Below, piece after piece: positions 41,205-55,660 of a DNA stretch of 64,000 bases; the first letter of the stretch is position 1, and each line of letters begins with the position of its first letter. Position numbers and translations under genes: made by a program. Source of the stretch: Octopus bimaculoides. Lineage: Eukaryota. The DNA is taken from assembly GCF_001194135.2 (NCBI RefSeq), contig NC_068994.1, forward strand, positions 19,135,904 through 19,199,903, given 5' to 3'. The notes beneath the pieces were generated by a model. It was not told the DNA's origin and ran no database searches. It saw only the letters and a list, made by a program, of their open reading frames with translations.

Positions 41205-44200
41205 CATATAGTATTAATAAAATAGATGGAGTAAGTAAAATATTTTATTGGGGATGACACGTTTCGACCCATTCTGGGTCTCTTCGGGTACATCAATAAA
41301 AAAAAGTCTTACTAGAGATTTTCTGATTCGGTTTTACATACCGCTATATGTCCATCAATCGAAACTGTGCCGGTGCTTTACTCATCATCTATTTATACAT
41401 TTCGTATAATTTATCCATTATACATACATATATATATATATATATAAATACACACACAAACATACATATGCACATATACATACATATGTACATATAAATA
41501 CATAATCATACATATATATATACATACCTACACATATACACACACACATATATATGTACATATATACGTCACCACAAAGTATATGGAAATCCTCTGAGCC
41601 CCTCACTGCCATTCACTCCCACTCCATCTGGTGTTTTACTCTTCTTTCCCTACAGTTCAACTGACAGGAGATACTTTGCTTTTTTTAATTATATAAGAAG
41701 ATAAATTATATGCTTCATTTTTGAGAAAAAAACACTTGGAAAAATAATTGAAACACATATCTATCAAATTACTATTTTTAAATCTCACAATGAGAGATAT
41801 TCAACAACAGTACTTTGGAGTAAAGATTGTTTCTAATTTATAGATAAGTGACTAGTTGTCACTTTGAAAACTATATATTTCAAACAGGAATTTGGCAGCA
41901 CCACCTCTAGCCGAACAATTATTCTGTGCTGATGAAGGGAAATAGCCCGGAAATCGGAATACACAGATATTGTTTTGAGCTGAGTGGAGGTGCTAGATTC
42001 CCTTGTTCAAAAATATAAGGACACAGATCATGTTGTATAGCCAGCTGGAGACGATGTCTCCTAGGGCTAAATTACAGCAACATTCGTCCTAAACCAGCAC
42101 TGCCATGTTATGTTGGCAAACAATTTTTACTCCAAAATATCTTTGACTTTACATTTTTTTAAAAATTCATTTTCAGATGAAATTGTTAAAGCAAAAGGTT
42201 TTATTGTTGGCTACTCCTTGCACAGCCAATCTTTTAGCCAAATTCAAAACCATAATCAGGAGGCCAATAACTCAAATAATATCCAACAAGACAAATATTT
42301 TGTCTAGTGCAGTGGTTATCAACTAGGGTTCATATGACCCCTGGGGGGAGGCGAAGAGCTCCATGTAAGATTTTTGGGTGTTCACATAAGCAAAATAGTA
42401 AATTGGGTTCACAGTAGTATTTTATGGGTCCATGAAAAAATTTTGCTTTAAATGTATTTATTGCAAGAAACAGCTAGGTTTTTCTCTAATGTTTTACATA
42501 GTTCAAGTGAATGTCTGATGAACAAAGTAGGAATTTTAAAAGAAGTATCTGTAAAACTAGTTTTTGAACATCAAATGGCTATGGGGGTCCACCAGAATAA
42601 AATAGTACTTAAAGGGGTCCATAAGTCAAAAAAAAAAAAATGGTTGAAAACCACTAGGCTTTAGAGGTTCATTGTGCTTCTCAAAGTTGTAGAAGTAACT
42701 TCACCTCAAGGAGGGGAACATACAATTTCCTGCAATTCAGACTGCCTCATGGTTGCAGCAGACAAAATGGAAAAAGTGTTGCCCAAGAGGATGGTGAGGG
42801 AGATAAGCTGGAGCAGCCACTCTGACGTGCAGGGCTCACATCTGTGGACAGCCATCTCCACCCCGAGAGTGGTGAGCAGGTATATGGACTGGGAGCCAAG
42901 AACTACAGAAATCTCCACCGCCATAACCACAAACTAGTCAGAGAATGACTGATACCTTGACAGTTTGCTGAAAAGTGCTGTAGAAATTACTAATTAATTC
43001 TTTTGCTACTATATTTCTACAGAAATACTATTGCCTTTGTTTCAATAATTTAAAAAATAATGAGGAATTTAGTAAAATATCTTACTGAGTTGGTGTTTGG
43101 AACATAAAGTTGTGAGAAGGTTCTAATTTAGATCACTTTAAAACATGAAGTTTGTATCATAGAAACAGGACCAGCCTCAGGCAGGCTGGTTGGTATCAAA
43201 AGGGTTAACAGAATTTCTCTTTGGTGCCAAGCATGACAAGAAACCCTTATTGTTCACGTCAGGTATAGCAGGTATACTTAACATGGACAATATTAATTTG
43301 TTACATAGACTGAAAGCCGCGTTTGTACAGTAGGAGCAAACAGGAGTACATTTATGCTTTCTTCAAGTGCTTTAGTTTTATAAGAGAACAAAATGGTTGA
43401 ACAGATAAAATGCCTTGACCCTTAGTGAAAGAGGCAAGGTATTTTGTACTATTATGAAACATTGTATCCTTCTTTTCAAGGTATCAAGTTGCGAAGAAAT
43501 AAATAAATAAATATTCATTCTATGCTTTATTCCCAAGAAACTAATAGGCTGGAAGTTCTAAGATCAAATCTTGATCAGGAGGTTAGTGACTTAAAATCAA
43601 GCTAAGAGAAATTATTAAAATTCCAAATAAACAGCTTTCTCTGACTGAAACCTTTAGAAGGAAAATGGTCATAGAACAGAACTGAAAACTGTCATAATAT
43701 CGTCAAAAGACTCTAATAAAATGTTTACTGGGGTTGATCTGTTCATCCAAAACCCTTCAAGGTGGTGCCCCAGAAATGACTTCAGCCCAATGACTGAAAT
43801 ATGTATAAAAAAAAAAACGATAGAAAAAAAGCTAGACAAATGAAGATAACTTACACTAGCAACTGTGCATTGTCATTCAATTGAATTGGGTTTATTCGTT
43901 GTTGGCGGTAATGTAAGAACCTCGTAAGGGTTTCCTGAGGATCCCCACGATCAATCTTAATAGGTATATTTGATGGGTCTCTCCAAATCTCAACACCAAC
44001 AAGGCCAATGTAAAGATTTAAGGGCCGATATATCTAAAATGAAAATAGCAAGAACTTATTTATGTCAGTAAACATTTCACTTATGATTACATAAAAATAC
44101 TTGTATGACTTGCTTTCACAGGCAACTATTTAAAAAACATGATTTGCTGACCTGAAAGCTCAGCCTAACAATGGTGATGAGCTAAAATCTTTCAATCAAT

Positions 44201-47200
44201 TTCTTTATACCAGCACCCACTGTGCTTTGGAAATTATCTTCCACATATGGAAGAAGAAGAAGAAGAAGAAGAAGAAGAAGAAGAAGAAGAAGAAGAAAAA
44301 GGAGGAGGAGGAGAAGAAGAAGAAGAAGAAAAAGGAGGAGGAGGAGGAGAAGAAGAAGAAGAAAAAGGAGGAGGAGAAGAAGAAGAAGAAGAAGAAGAAG
44401 AAGAAGAAGAAGAAGAAGAAGGAGGAGGAGAAGAAGAAGAAGAAAAAGAAGAAAAAGAAGAAAAAGAATGAGGAGGAGAAGAAGAAGAAGAAGAAGAAAA
44501 AGGAGGAGGAGGAGAAGAAGAAGAAGAAGAAAAAGGAGGAGGAGGAGGAGAAGAAGAAGAAGAAAAAGGAGGAGGAGGAGGAGAAGAAGAAGAAGANNNN
44601 NNNNNNNNNNNNNNNNNNNNNNNNNNNNNNNNNNNNNNNNNNNNNNNNNNNNNNNNNNNNNNNNNNNNNNNNNNNNNNNNNNNNNNNNNNNNNNNNNNNN
44701 NNNNNNNNNNNNNNNNNNNNNNNNNNNNNNNNNNNNNNNNNNNNNNNNNNNNNNNNNNNNNNNNNNNNNNNNNNNNNNNNNNNNNNNNNNNNNNNNNNNN
44801 NNNNNNNNNNNNNNNNNNNNNNNNNNNNNNNNNNNNNNNNNNNNNNNNNNNNNNNNNNNNNNNNNNNNNNNNNNNNNNNGAATGAGGAGGAGAAGAAGAA
44901 GAAAAAGAAGAAAAAGAATGAGGAGGAGGAGAAGAAGAAGAAGAAGAAGAAGAAGAAGATTTTGACAAATTTTGTATAGGCATGTGTATGTGTGTGTGTG
45001 TATGTATGTATGTATGTATGTATGTATTTCAAATGCCTAGATTTATTCAGAGTCCCAGACAAATTTGTAAAGATGAATCATCTTAAATTCCTTCAGTTAC
45101 AAACAAAGCAATTTGTAGTTGTTGCTGTTGTTTAAATGTGCGAAATATACCAAAATATATATAATAATATCAACATCAAACAATGGAAGAATACTTACCA
45201 TGTTCACTGTGTTTGCAATATTGATTAATCTTCTTTCCGTTTTGTCTTTGTGTAGATTGTGCTGAAAATGAAAATATTTTAAAAGATATTATATACATCA
45301 AGTGAGGAACTAACAAATGAAATAATATCAACAGTAGTTCAGAATAAATAATTTTTTGTCTTTCTGCAAATGAATTATACAGGTGAACTGTTTCCCAATA
45401 TGTTCTTTCAAATGTTGCGGCTTGGAAGGGTCATTATGTCAATAATAATAAACACATACACACACTGGTTCAATATCACTTTTTTATTGTTAGTCAATCA
45501 GTTAAATATTCATTTCTACTCGAAGCACAAAACCTGAAATTTTGGGGGAAGGGGCCAGTTGGTTAGATCAACCTCAGTACGCAACTGGTACTTAATTTAT
45601 CGACCCTGAAAGGATGAAAGGCAAAGTTGACCTCGGCGGAATTTGAATTCAGAACATAAAGACAGACTGCTAAGCATTTCGCCCGGCATGCTAATGTTTC
45701 TGCCAGCTCGCCGCCTTCAATCAATTAACCAACAAACTAACCAATCATTTTTTTTAATGTATTGGTTAAACAATCAATTGGTTGTTTGTTTGCTAAAGTC
45801 CTTTCATCGCTATTCATGACCTCATCAATGAGACACCAGCTCTCTTCAATGTCTACCTTGAAACTATCAGAGAATTAGTCCTATGCTAGTGTATGTGTGT
45901 ACTTGTGCTAGTATATGTGTACGTCAATGTGTGGTTTCTTTTTGCTTTGATTTTTGAGTAATTCTCAGAATGTCATAATATGAAGTATTAGATTTGCAAG
46001 GATTAACTTGGAATAGACTAAAGAAAAAAATATGTAGGATCATTGAAGTGAGGAAAAAATATTTACAGAAAAGCAAAAAGCAAGGTGAATTATTTGTATG
46101 TCATGAAAAGAAATATGTAGTTGTAGTTATTTAACCCTAGAAAAGTCCTGATTGAGCTTTACCTATGATCAAAGGAAATTGCGCCATGATTTTTCTGTTT
46201 TCACAAACACATTTCGTCTCAGATTACAAGATCAAATGTTTCCTCCTTTTTTTACCTTAAAGATGCTGGTGATTTAAGAGAGGCTTTTTGTTACATCTAG
46301 AAGGTTATGCATCCATGTAGAGACCCTTATCAGCTAGCTTGTAATCTCTAAGATGAGCAACCCTATCTGAAATTTAAGGTTACTCTTCTTCTTAACATTC
46401 CCTAAAATTCCTAATATTTAGTTTTTACTGAATTGACAAACAGATGAGTTGAAGCAAACTCCTACTAGTGTTCTTGTATTCTGGTGACTATATTTAGTTA
46501 CATAGCTTTATAATTCTAAAGTACAATAGCAAAAACAATATTTACATAAAGTGAAATACCTCAACATTCTAAAAATAGAAAATGCAGCCATTTACTGAGA
46601 AGGGCTGCAAATTAAAGTATTTGTTTTAATTATGGAATTTTTGTAAAAAAAAACAAAACATTATATTGTAGCATTTATAACTAAGTTTGGATTATCTAGC
46701 AAATAATTACCGCTGAAAAATACTGTAGGACTCATAGCTATTCTCCTGCTAGGGAGACTGTACCTAACTGAGGGACATAAAAGTAGCTGGATTTAAATTT
46801 GTGCAACCTTCAAGTCAAACACTCAATATATCTCTGTGCTGATAGAGTTTTTCCAATATGAAATCTGTTTTCTATCAAATAAAGTTTCAGTTAGATATCA
46901 TAACAGAGCTAACATTCCATTTTTTTTTGTTTTTTTTATTTTACAAAGATGAATAATTAATTAAAAAAAAACACTCATAAAATCAAAGAGTGTCAACACC
47001 ACTTACTGTGCCACTATCAGCAACAAGATAAAGCTCCACATATCTTGTCTCTTTATTGCTTCCATATGGTCCTCTGATGCTTCGGCGAACCTGTGCAAAA
47101 TAGCAAGGAAAAAAATTAGCCATTAAATTTCAAGATATGGAACATCAACTTTAAAATGAAAGTGGAACGTTTATATATACACATATAATGTAATATGATA

Positions 47201-50200
47201 TAATCATATTAATTATTCAAAGAGAGTGGCAGTTGGAGATATTGGTAATTTGGATTCTATTTTAAATGTTGCAATGAAAGATGGTTTATTTTCAATCTGT
47301 TTGCTATGAACAAATAGCTTTTTGATGTATAGTTCATGGATAGAAGGACAATAGTTTTTGTCAACAAGCAGTAATGAGTTAAAGTAACTTTGTGGGTAAA
47401 ACCTGCAATAAACTTGTATCCTACCAAAGGGACTGATATCTCAATAATTGAAACTCTAATCATTTGTTTCAGAATTGAAGGTGAAAATCGAAACTATTTA
47501 TTGTTCCATCCATCTTCTCTGCCCACTATATTTGGGTGGGTTGCGAGGATAGAGTCCCCAGGCACCTTCTATATAGGATCCAATCAGAAGCAATCATTAT
47601 TATACTTTCCAGCTGGATTCCAAAGTGTGACTGAACTGAAACTATGGATGTGGGTGCTGGTGTCACATAAAAAGCACTGGTGATTGTGCCATGTAAAAAG
47701 CACCCATTACTCTCTGTACAGTGGTTGGCATTAGGAAGGGTATCCAGCCACAGAAACCAAACCAAAACAGACTACAGAAATTGGTGCCTTGTCAGCTCCT
47801 ATCAAGCTGTCCAACCCATGTCAGCATAAAAAACAGACGTTAAATGTTGACAAGGGTGATGATGATGTTTCAATTTGTCTACCTCTAGGTCTCCTACTAG
47901 TTGACTCAGCTTGAAGAATCTGTTTTGCAATTCTTTCCTGCTACATTCTAACAGCATGTCTGTAGTACTGGAGCTGCGACTTCTCAATGCAGAGAAGTTG
48001 CACCTTGACCTGAAGGGGTTCTCTAATCTTTGAGCTACATACCCTGTCTAGTAACATTATTCCAGAGACTCTTTGGAGGAACCCCATTTCAGCTGCTTGT
48101 ATTCGTGACCTTATTCTTTTGGTTATTATCCAACATTCATGACCATAGGTCAGGAAAGACACACAAACTGAATTGAAGATAGTTTGGTTATTTATTATTG
48201 TTTTGTGATTGTTTTTCATATCTTCATTTACTGCTGCATATCCCTTTAAGATCCAGGTTACTGTATCAAATGTTATGCTTATTTATTCACATTGTCTTGA
48301 ATTAACCATTGTAGCTTCATGATTTCAAATAATGTAATTGTTTACTTTTAGAATGACGTTGTAAGGTAGGTGAGAGAGGTTAAATCTGACTGCATAAGGC
48401 TGGTTTAAATGCTAAAGGGATATACAAGAATAATAACAATATAAATTTAGAATATTAAAAACATGTGAGCTCATAATTTGAAAGGATTTTTCAGCTTCTG
48501 AAACTGGAAAGGATTAAAAAGGTATGTATATCTATGTTGCATACTTTCAATAACAACTAAACATACCCGTTTAAGGAGATTTCTTGAAAATATTTCATGA
48601 ATATCTTTATGTTCATAATCGTGAGCATCATTACCTGCAATCAAAGATAGACAACAAAAATATGTCAACAAAAAATATCACATAATAAATGATTGAATGG
48701 TTCAAAGATGACTAAAAGTTAAGAAATCTTATTCTTTAACAACATTATTTGTTTCAAATTTTGGTACAAGCCCAGCAGGTTCAAGGGAGGGGGTAAGCCA
48801 CTTGCATCAACATCAGTGTTCAACAGGTACTTATTTTACCGACTCCAAATGGATGAAAGACTAAGTCAACCTTGACAGCATTTGAACTCAGAATGTGAAG
48901 ACAAACAAAATGTTGTTAAGCATTTTGCCTGACATGCTAATGATTCTGCCAGCTGATTGCCTTACTTATTAACAATATTATTAACAACACATTAATGTGA
49001 TATCAAACATTGCATCTTATAGTTCTATTAATTCCTGTTAAGTGCACATTTAACTGTAGTATTTTGCCTGGTATGCTAATGATTCTGAGAGCTTGCTGAG
49101 TTTACTCTTTAACAATATTATTAATAGCACATTAAGTGACATCAAACATTATATCTTATGGTTTGCTTACAGCACACACCTAGCAACAACATCTATTAAT
49201 TCCTGTCATGTGTTCATTTAACTGCAGTTAAGCATTGTAAAACTAAAACAAATATCTTCTCTTTCTATAGGAATATGACAAAGACATGGACAATGATATG
49301 TGTTGAGTATTTTAGCTGATCAGTATGAATTGGCAATGGAAGTTAATTCATAACAAAAGCCAATATTAAAAGGCAAGAGAAGTGGTAAATTATAAAAAAA
49401 TATCAAGCTTCCCTTTTTTAGCTGGTTCTGTATTATAGTTGCAACTAATCATTGTCAGAATGGAAAAGTAGGCATTAAAATAAATCATATGGTGATGATA
49501 ATGTATAAAAATCATGCAGATATGGCAGTGTGATAAGAAGTTTGTTTCCCAACTACATGGTTCCAGGTTCAATCTCACTGTGTGACACTTTAGGCTTCTA
49601 TTATAGCACCAGGATGACTAAAGCCTTGTGAATGGACTTTGTAGGCAGAAACTGAAAGAAGCTTGTTGTATATGTGTATGTGTGTCTGTCCTGCAACTGC
49701 TTGATAACTGGTGTTGGTTTGTTTATGTCCCTATAACTTAGTGGTTCGGCAGAAGAAGCTGATAGAATAAGTACCAGGATGAAAAAAGACAAGTAGTAGG
49801 ATCAATTTGTTCAATGAAAACTCTTGAAGTTAATGCCCCACCGTGGTTGCAATTCAATAACTTGAAACGAGTGAAAGATAGCGGACAAAGGAAATCATTA
49901 TAGAAAGTAAATTATAAATGTTATTGTGCTATAGAAACCACATAAACACACACATATAATTACTACTATTTGAAAATAAATTACTTTAAATTAATATTCT
50001 TGAAGAATTTTATATATAATGTTAAACACCAAAGAAAAATACTGATAATAGTCAAGATACCACACTACCAGACATTTAGTCCATGTAGTTTCTGAATTCA
50101 AGTCTTACTGTGACAAGATATAATAAGCATCTGTCATGTTCCAATTTTAAGAAATCGCATATCAGTTACTCCTTTCTATAAAAATCGGAACTGAACATGT

Positions 50201-53200
50201 ATTTATATTTATATTTGGCAGAAAAATTTCCTGAATGAAATGACAAAAGTAGTCAAGAGTTACGTCCCTTGAAAAATGCCATCCCTTGCAAGAATTCAGA
50301 AAGAAATTCTAAACACGAATGCAAAATTTAGAATTAAAAAAGTCCTGAAATTGACCAAACAGGGACGAAAGTTTTAGTTTGAAGAAAATCGGACAAGAAA
50401 ATTTTCCTATTTGGGAAGTGTTCATGTTTGATGAACAGAAAAGTAATAGGCAAGAGATGCCAAACAGTGTATCCAAATGTAAAAAATGCATGCACAAGTG
50501 ATGCAATCGGACAACAAGCAAGCTGACGGAGATGGACTTCAGGTGTAAGTGGATGTACAGGAGTAGTTTGCAGTTAGTGTGTTCATAGAATATATATATT
50601 TCTTCAAATGCTTAGATGGTTCCTTTGAAGTAGTTGGTGGCTTCTGTACCCTGATGACCGAATTAGCAATGAAGTTGGATGTTCAAAAAACGAAGTAACC
50701 AGAAGCATTCTGCTGGAACAAAAGGGATTCATCACTAAATGGACAGTGGATTGTCTGATAGTTGGTATGAAGGGCAATGTTACATGATAGTGAAACAAGG
50801 ACACTGAATGTGAAGGCTAGAAAGAAAGTGAGAATGCTTCACTAAGTGTGTAAAGTTAATTTGCAAGAACAATGAAGCACAAATGAGCCGAGATAAAAAG
50901 TGTGCATAAGAGAAATCAGATGTAGTATGCAAGAAAGAAGGGGGACTTGTTGTCCCCTTTAATATTTCACTTATGTTTAAGGTGGTGAGCTGGCAGAAAC
51001 ATTAGCACACCGGGTGAAATACTTGGGTGGTATTTTGTCTGTCTTTATGTTCTGAGTTCAAATTCTGCCAAGGTCAACTTTGCCTTTCATCCTTTCAGGG
51101 TTGATAAAGTACCAGTTAGATACTAGGGTCAATCTAATTGAATGCCCCGCCTCCCCCAAAATTTAGGGCCTTGTGCTTAGAGTAGAAAAGAATATTTGGC
51201 TTATGTCTGATTTCCCTCAGTTTAAGTATTAAAGAAGGCAAAGGCAGGGTATCAGTTCAGAAATAGCAAGGGGAAAATTAACCATTTGCTCTACATGGAT
51301 GGTATGAAACTTTTTAGTAAGAATGAAAAAGAGATAGATTCCTAAATACAGACGGTAAAACTCTTCAGCAAAAATATAGGCATGAAATTTGGCTTAGATA
51401 AGTGTGTAATATTAATCATGAGAAGGGGACAGGTAGTTAACAGTGAAGGCATCCAATTACCAGATGGCCAGACATTAAAATCATTGAAAGGAGGAGAGAA
51501 TTATAAGTATCTAGGAGTATTAGAATCTGATTGAGTACTAACTACAGAAATGAAAACAAAAATTGAGAAGGAGTACATCAAAAGGGTGAGGAAGTTAATG
51601 AAGTCAAAGCTAAATGGTCTGAATCTAGTGGAAGCTATAAATACTTGGACACTATCATTACTTAGATACTCGACAGCTTTTGTAGACTGGACAAAAACTG
51701 AATTAGCAAAGCTAGACAGAAGAACTAGAAAGGAATTCAATATGAATGGAGGACTCCACCCAAGGGCAGGAGTAGCAAGATTATACCTATTTAGAAAGGA
51801 AGGTGGAAGAGGGTTAATATCAGTAGAAGACTGCGTGGAGTTAGCTGGAGTAGATATAGACTCCTATGTAGGTAATAGTGAAGAAAGTTTATTAAAAGCT
51901 GTTAGAGTCACAGCAAGAGATAGGGAAACCAAAACACCAAACAAACTTAAAAATCAGGAAAAAGAACAGAAATTATCTGACTGGCAGGATAAGGCATTGC
52001 ATGTTAGATTTCCAAAGAGAGTTTCAACGAATAGTAGTAGTGAGACATGGTTATGGCTGCAGAAAGGAAAGCTGAAGGGGGAGACAGAAAGTTTGTTAGT
52101 ATCTGCACAAGATCAAGCATTAAGGACTAATTGGATAAAAGCCAAGATAGACAAAAACCAAGTAGATTCCCAATGTAGATTATGCAAATCAAAAGAGGAA
52201 AGTGTTGCTCATATAGTAAGTGAATGTAGCATGCTAGCACAGAAAGAATACAAGAAATGACATGATAATTTAGGGAGAGCAATCCACTGGGAGCTGTGTA
52301 AAAAGCTATGATTTGAACATACTGATAAATGGTTTGAACATGAACCTAGTAAAATACTAGAAAGTAAGAAATACAAGATGTTGTGGGACTTTAACATTCA
52401 GACAGAGTAATAAAAGGTAGAAGGCCTGGTTTGGTAGTAACAGACAAAAAAGAATAGAAAGTGCCAGATAACTGACTTTATAGTCACAAATGATGAAAAA
52501 ATTAATATGAGGAGTATACAAAAAATAGCAAAGTATTAGGACCTAGCTATTGAATTACAGAGACTATGGAAAGTGTGGGTAAAATGTATCCCAGTAGTTA
52601 TAGGTGCATTGGGAACTATCCCTAAGGATCTGAACAGATGGATAGAAGAAATAGGCATAAAAACCCAGTTTAGTACAGCTGCAGAAAACAGTGTTATTAG
52701 GGACAGCTAGGATACTTAAGAGGGTTCTTAGAATCTCAGGTTGCTTGCTGTAAGCCAACAAGAGGGTTCTTGGCATTTAAGGCTACTTGTTGTAGCCTGA
52801 CGTTAGGATTCTTTTCTTTTCCAACAGTCTAATCTGTTGAGTGCATATGAATAGTAATGATGATGATGAAAATAAAAAAAATTCCATATAGGATCTTACC
52901 ACAATGTGATGCTGTTTCATCTGTCATATTTTTGTACCAATAATGTAGTGTTGGGTCTAAACTGTTCCCAGCTGGCTCAATGTGATATAGTCCATCATCT
53001 TTTATAACGAGGCCGCTGCAATAAGTAATATATACATGTATAGTAGCAGAGATACCCGGCATTGCCCAGGAATGAAATTTTTCTTTATATATTAGAAGAA
53101 AAAGCAAAATACGTTGTACAGAAATTTGTCTTTCAAAATTCAATTTGTTCTTCAATTGGGATACAATTTATTCTTTAACTGGGAAATCAATTCTGAATTC

Positions 53201-53233
<33 letters not shown>

Positions 53234-54345
53234 GAAATTACAAAATTTACCGCTTTTATGAAAGGAGATAAATTCTACCACATATGAAGGAAATTATGTA
53301 AAGAGCTTCTGGGTAAACAGCATTCTTTATTTTCTGGTTTGGAGCATAGAAAAATAAGTCTTGCAAACTACCTACTCTGGAGCAACCAATGTAAAGTTGA
53401 TTGTGAGAAAAGCAAGCCAGTAGATTTCAAAGACTGACCTTGAGTTCTATTAAAAGACATTGTAAAGAAAAATTGCACTGGGAATTGTGTTCATTTGAAC
53501 TCAAATGACATGTCTGTTGGTTTGATTGGAATTTTGGAATGAAAACTTCTTCCCCAGAGACACATCCATTAATGGTAGCTTCTGTCACATTAGGAGGTAA
53601 TGTCTTCACAATCAACCTTGTCCCATTGCATAATTTAGAAGGATCTAAATTTCTTAGAAGCATTATTGGGACTCTTACCTTCAGAAAAAGTTTATGTGGA
53701 AGAGTTCCAGGTGGCTCAGTAGAATTAAGCAACTCTGTTGGGCAATGGACAGCTTGATTTTCATCAAGGACTGAATCAACTGATTTGTACTTCTTAATGA
53801 CTGTTGGAATCTTATTCATTAATTCATGGTTAATTCTTGCTACTGTCTCATTTTTTGGAGCAAGAATAGCCCTTTCACACAACCATTTATGTGAATTATA
53901 ATTATTATTTAAGTCTTGAGATACCCTGTTCTTCAATTCAGCTGGGGAATTCACCATGATTGCAATGATATCACCATTCCTAAGAAATGGTACTTATTCT
54001 TTTAACTAATTGGAGGAGCCAGGTTGAAAACTGTTTTGCACATAAATAAAGCATTTCTAACTTTGGCACAAGGCCTTGCATTTTGAGGAAGAAGTGTTCT
54101 TCACATTCACTCAAGAATTTAATTTGAAAGTGGCTGAACACTCTACAGAAACTTGAACCCTTAACACAGTTCTCAGGGACATTCAGCATAACATACAAAA
54201 TGTAACAAGGCTGGCCTATTGGATTACAGGTATAACTCATTTTTCTAGCTGAGTGGACTGGAGCAGTGAGAAATAAAGTGCTTTGCTCAAGGGCACAATG
54301 CACTGCTGGGAATCATACTCATAACTTTACTAAGACACACACCTT

Positions 54346-54380
<35 letters not shown>

Positions 54381-55629
54381 TATATATATTTGACTGGAAG
54401 ATTGAAAGGCAAATTAGAAATTGATGGGATTTGAAATCAGAATGTAAATCATTAGTAATGCTCAGAACTGTCTGATAGTATCTTTGACCAACTTCACAAA
54501 CACCACTGATCCCTTTTAAGTATACTCTTTATGCAATATGTATTGTCTCTATCCTTACTGGATCATCTGATCACTTGGTATGGTGATGTATAAGTTTTCT
54601 ACAAAGGAACTAATTATGACAAAAATATATCCAAAAGAAACAACAATCATAAATTGAACCAGTGAAGGAGCACAACCTGTTAGAAATAGCAGCCATGTCT
54701 TTCTTAAATCACACCCTGTCATCTTAAAGAAATGAGAACACTATATTTAACCCTTTAGTATTTATTAATTCACATTGTATTGAATTAAACCATGCCTTAT
54801 CTCATTGCTTTGAGACTTCAATGATATAATTCTTTATTTTCGGAATGACATTGTAGGGTAGGTGTAAAAGGCTGGCTCCGACCAATTTGAACATAAAACA
54901 GGTTGAATATTTGTGGGCTGGATATGAGCAGTTTAAATGCTAAAGAGTTAAGAATAAAGTCAAGATGATCATGACTAGAATACCTAAGTAATAAATTTGT
55001 TCAATCAGTGTTAATTTAGGGTCAAACAACTAAGATGAATTCAGTAGGGGTTAAACTAATGGTGTTGCTGGCAGTGGCATTGGCATCATCACCCTTATCA
55101 TCATCATCATTTAATGCCCACTTTTCCATGTTTGCATAGGTCAAAGGGAATTTGTTGAGGTAGATATTTATTTAGTCAAACGCCCTTCCTGTTAACGACC
55201 CAAACCTGTCTCCAGGCAAGGTAATATTTCCTCATGGCCAGACATGTTCTTTCATGGAAGATGAGAAACAAACAGCATCACCTGTATGATCGTGATACAC
55301 ATTCACAACTGATAATGTGCTGGCATATCTCAAACAACATGGTTATAGTATAGTACACTAAGACAACAGGGTAATGCCGTTAGTAGAAAAGGTTAGGAAG
55401 GTAAAAGAGATACTGTAACTTTAGGACTTTTTAAAGATTTTCTAAAAAATTTTCCAAAAAAATTTCTAAAACATTTTTTACATTTTTTGTTTTTAATGTC
55501 TTTTAATCTATTCAGTTAGTGTTTCACCCCCCTCCATTACCTTTCTAACCCCTCCTAACAATTGTTACTCTGTTGTCAATAGCATTTATTCACAATTGTC
55601 ACTCATGTGATGTCAAAATGAGTACGCAC

Positions 55630-55660
<31 letters not shown>

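Noticed and set aside
50200-50960. Non-repetitive-looking block with scattered CpGs
   Set aside because: No TIRs, TSD or protein motif identified by eye; left unclassified.
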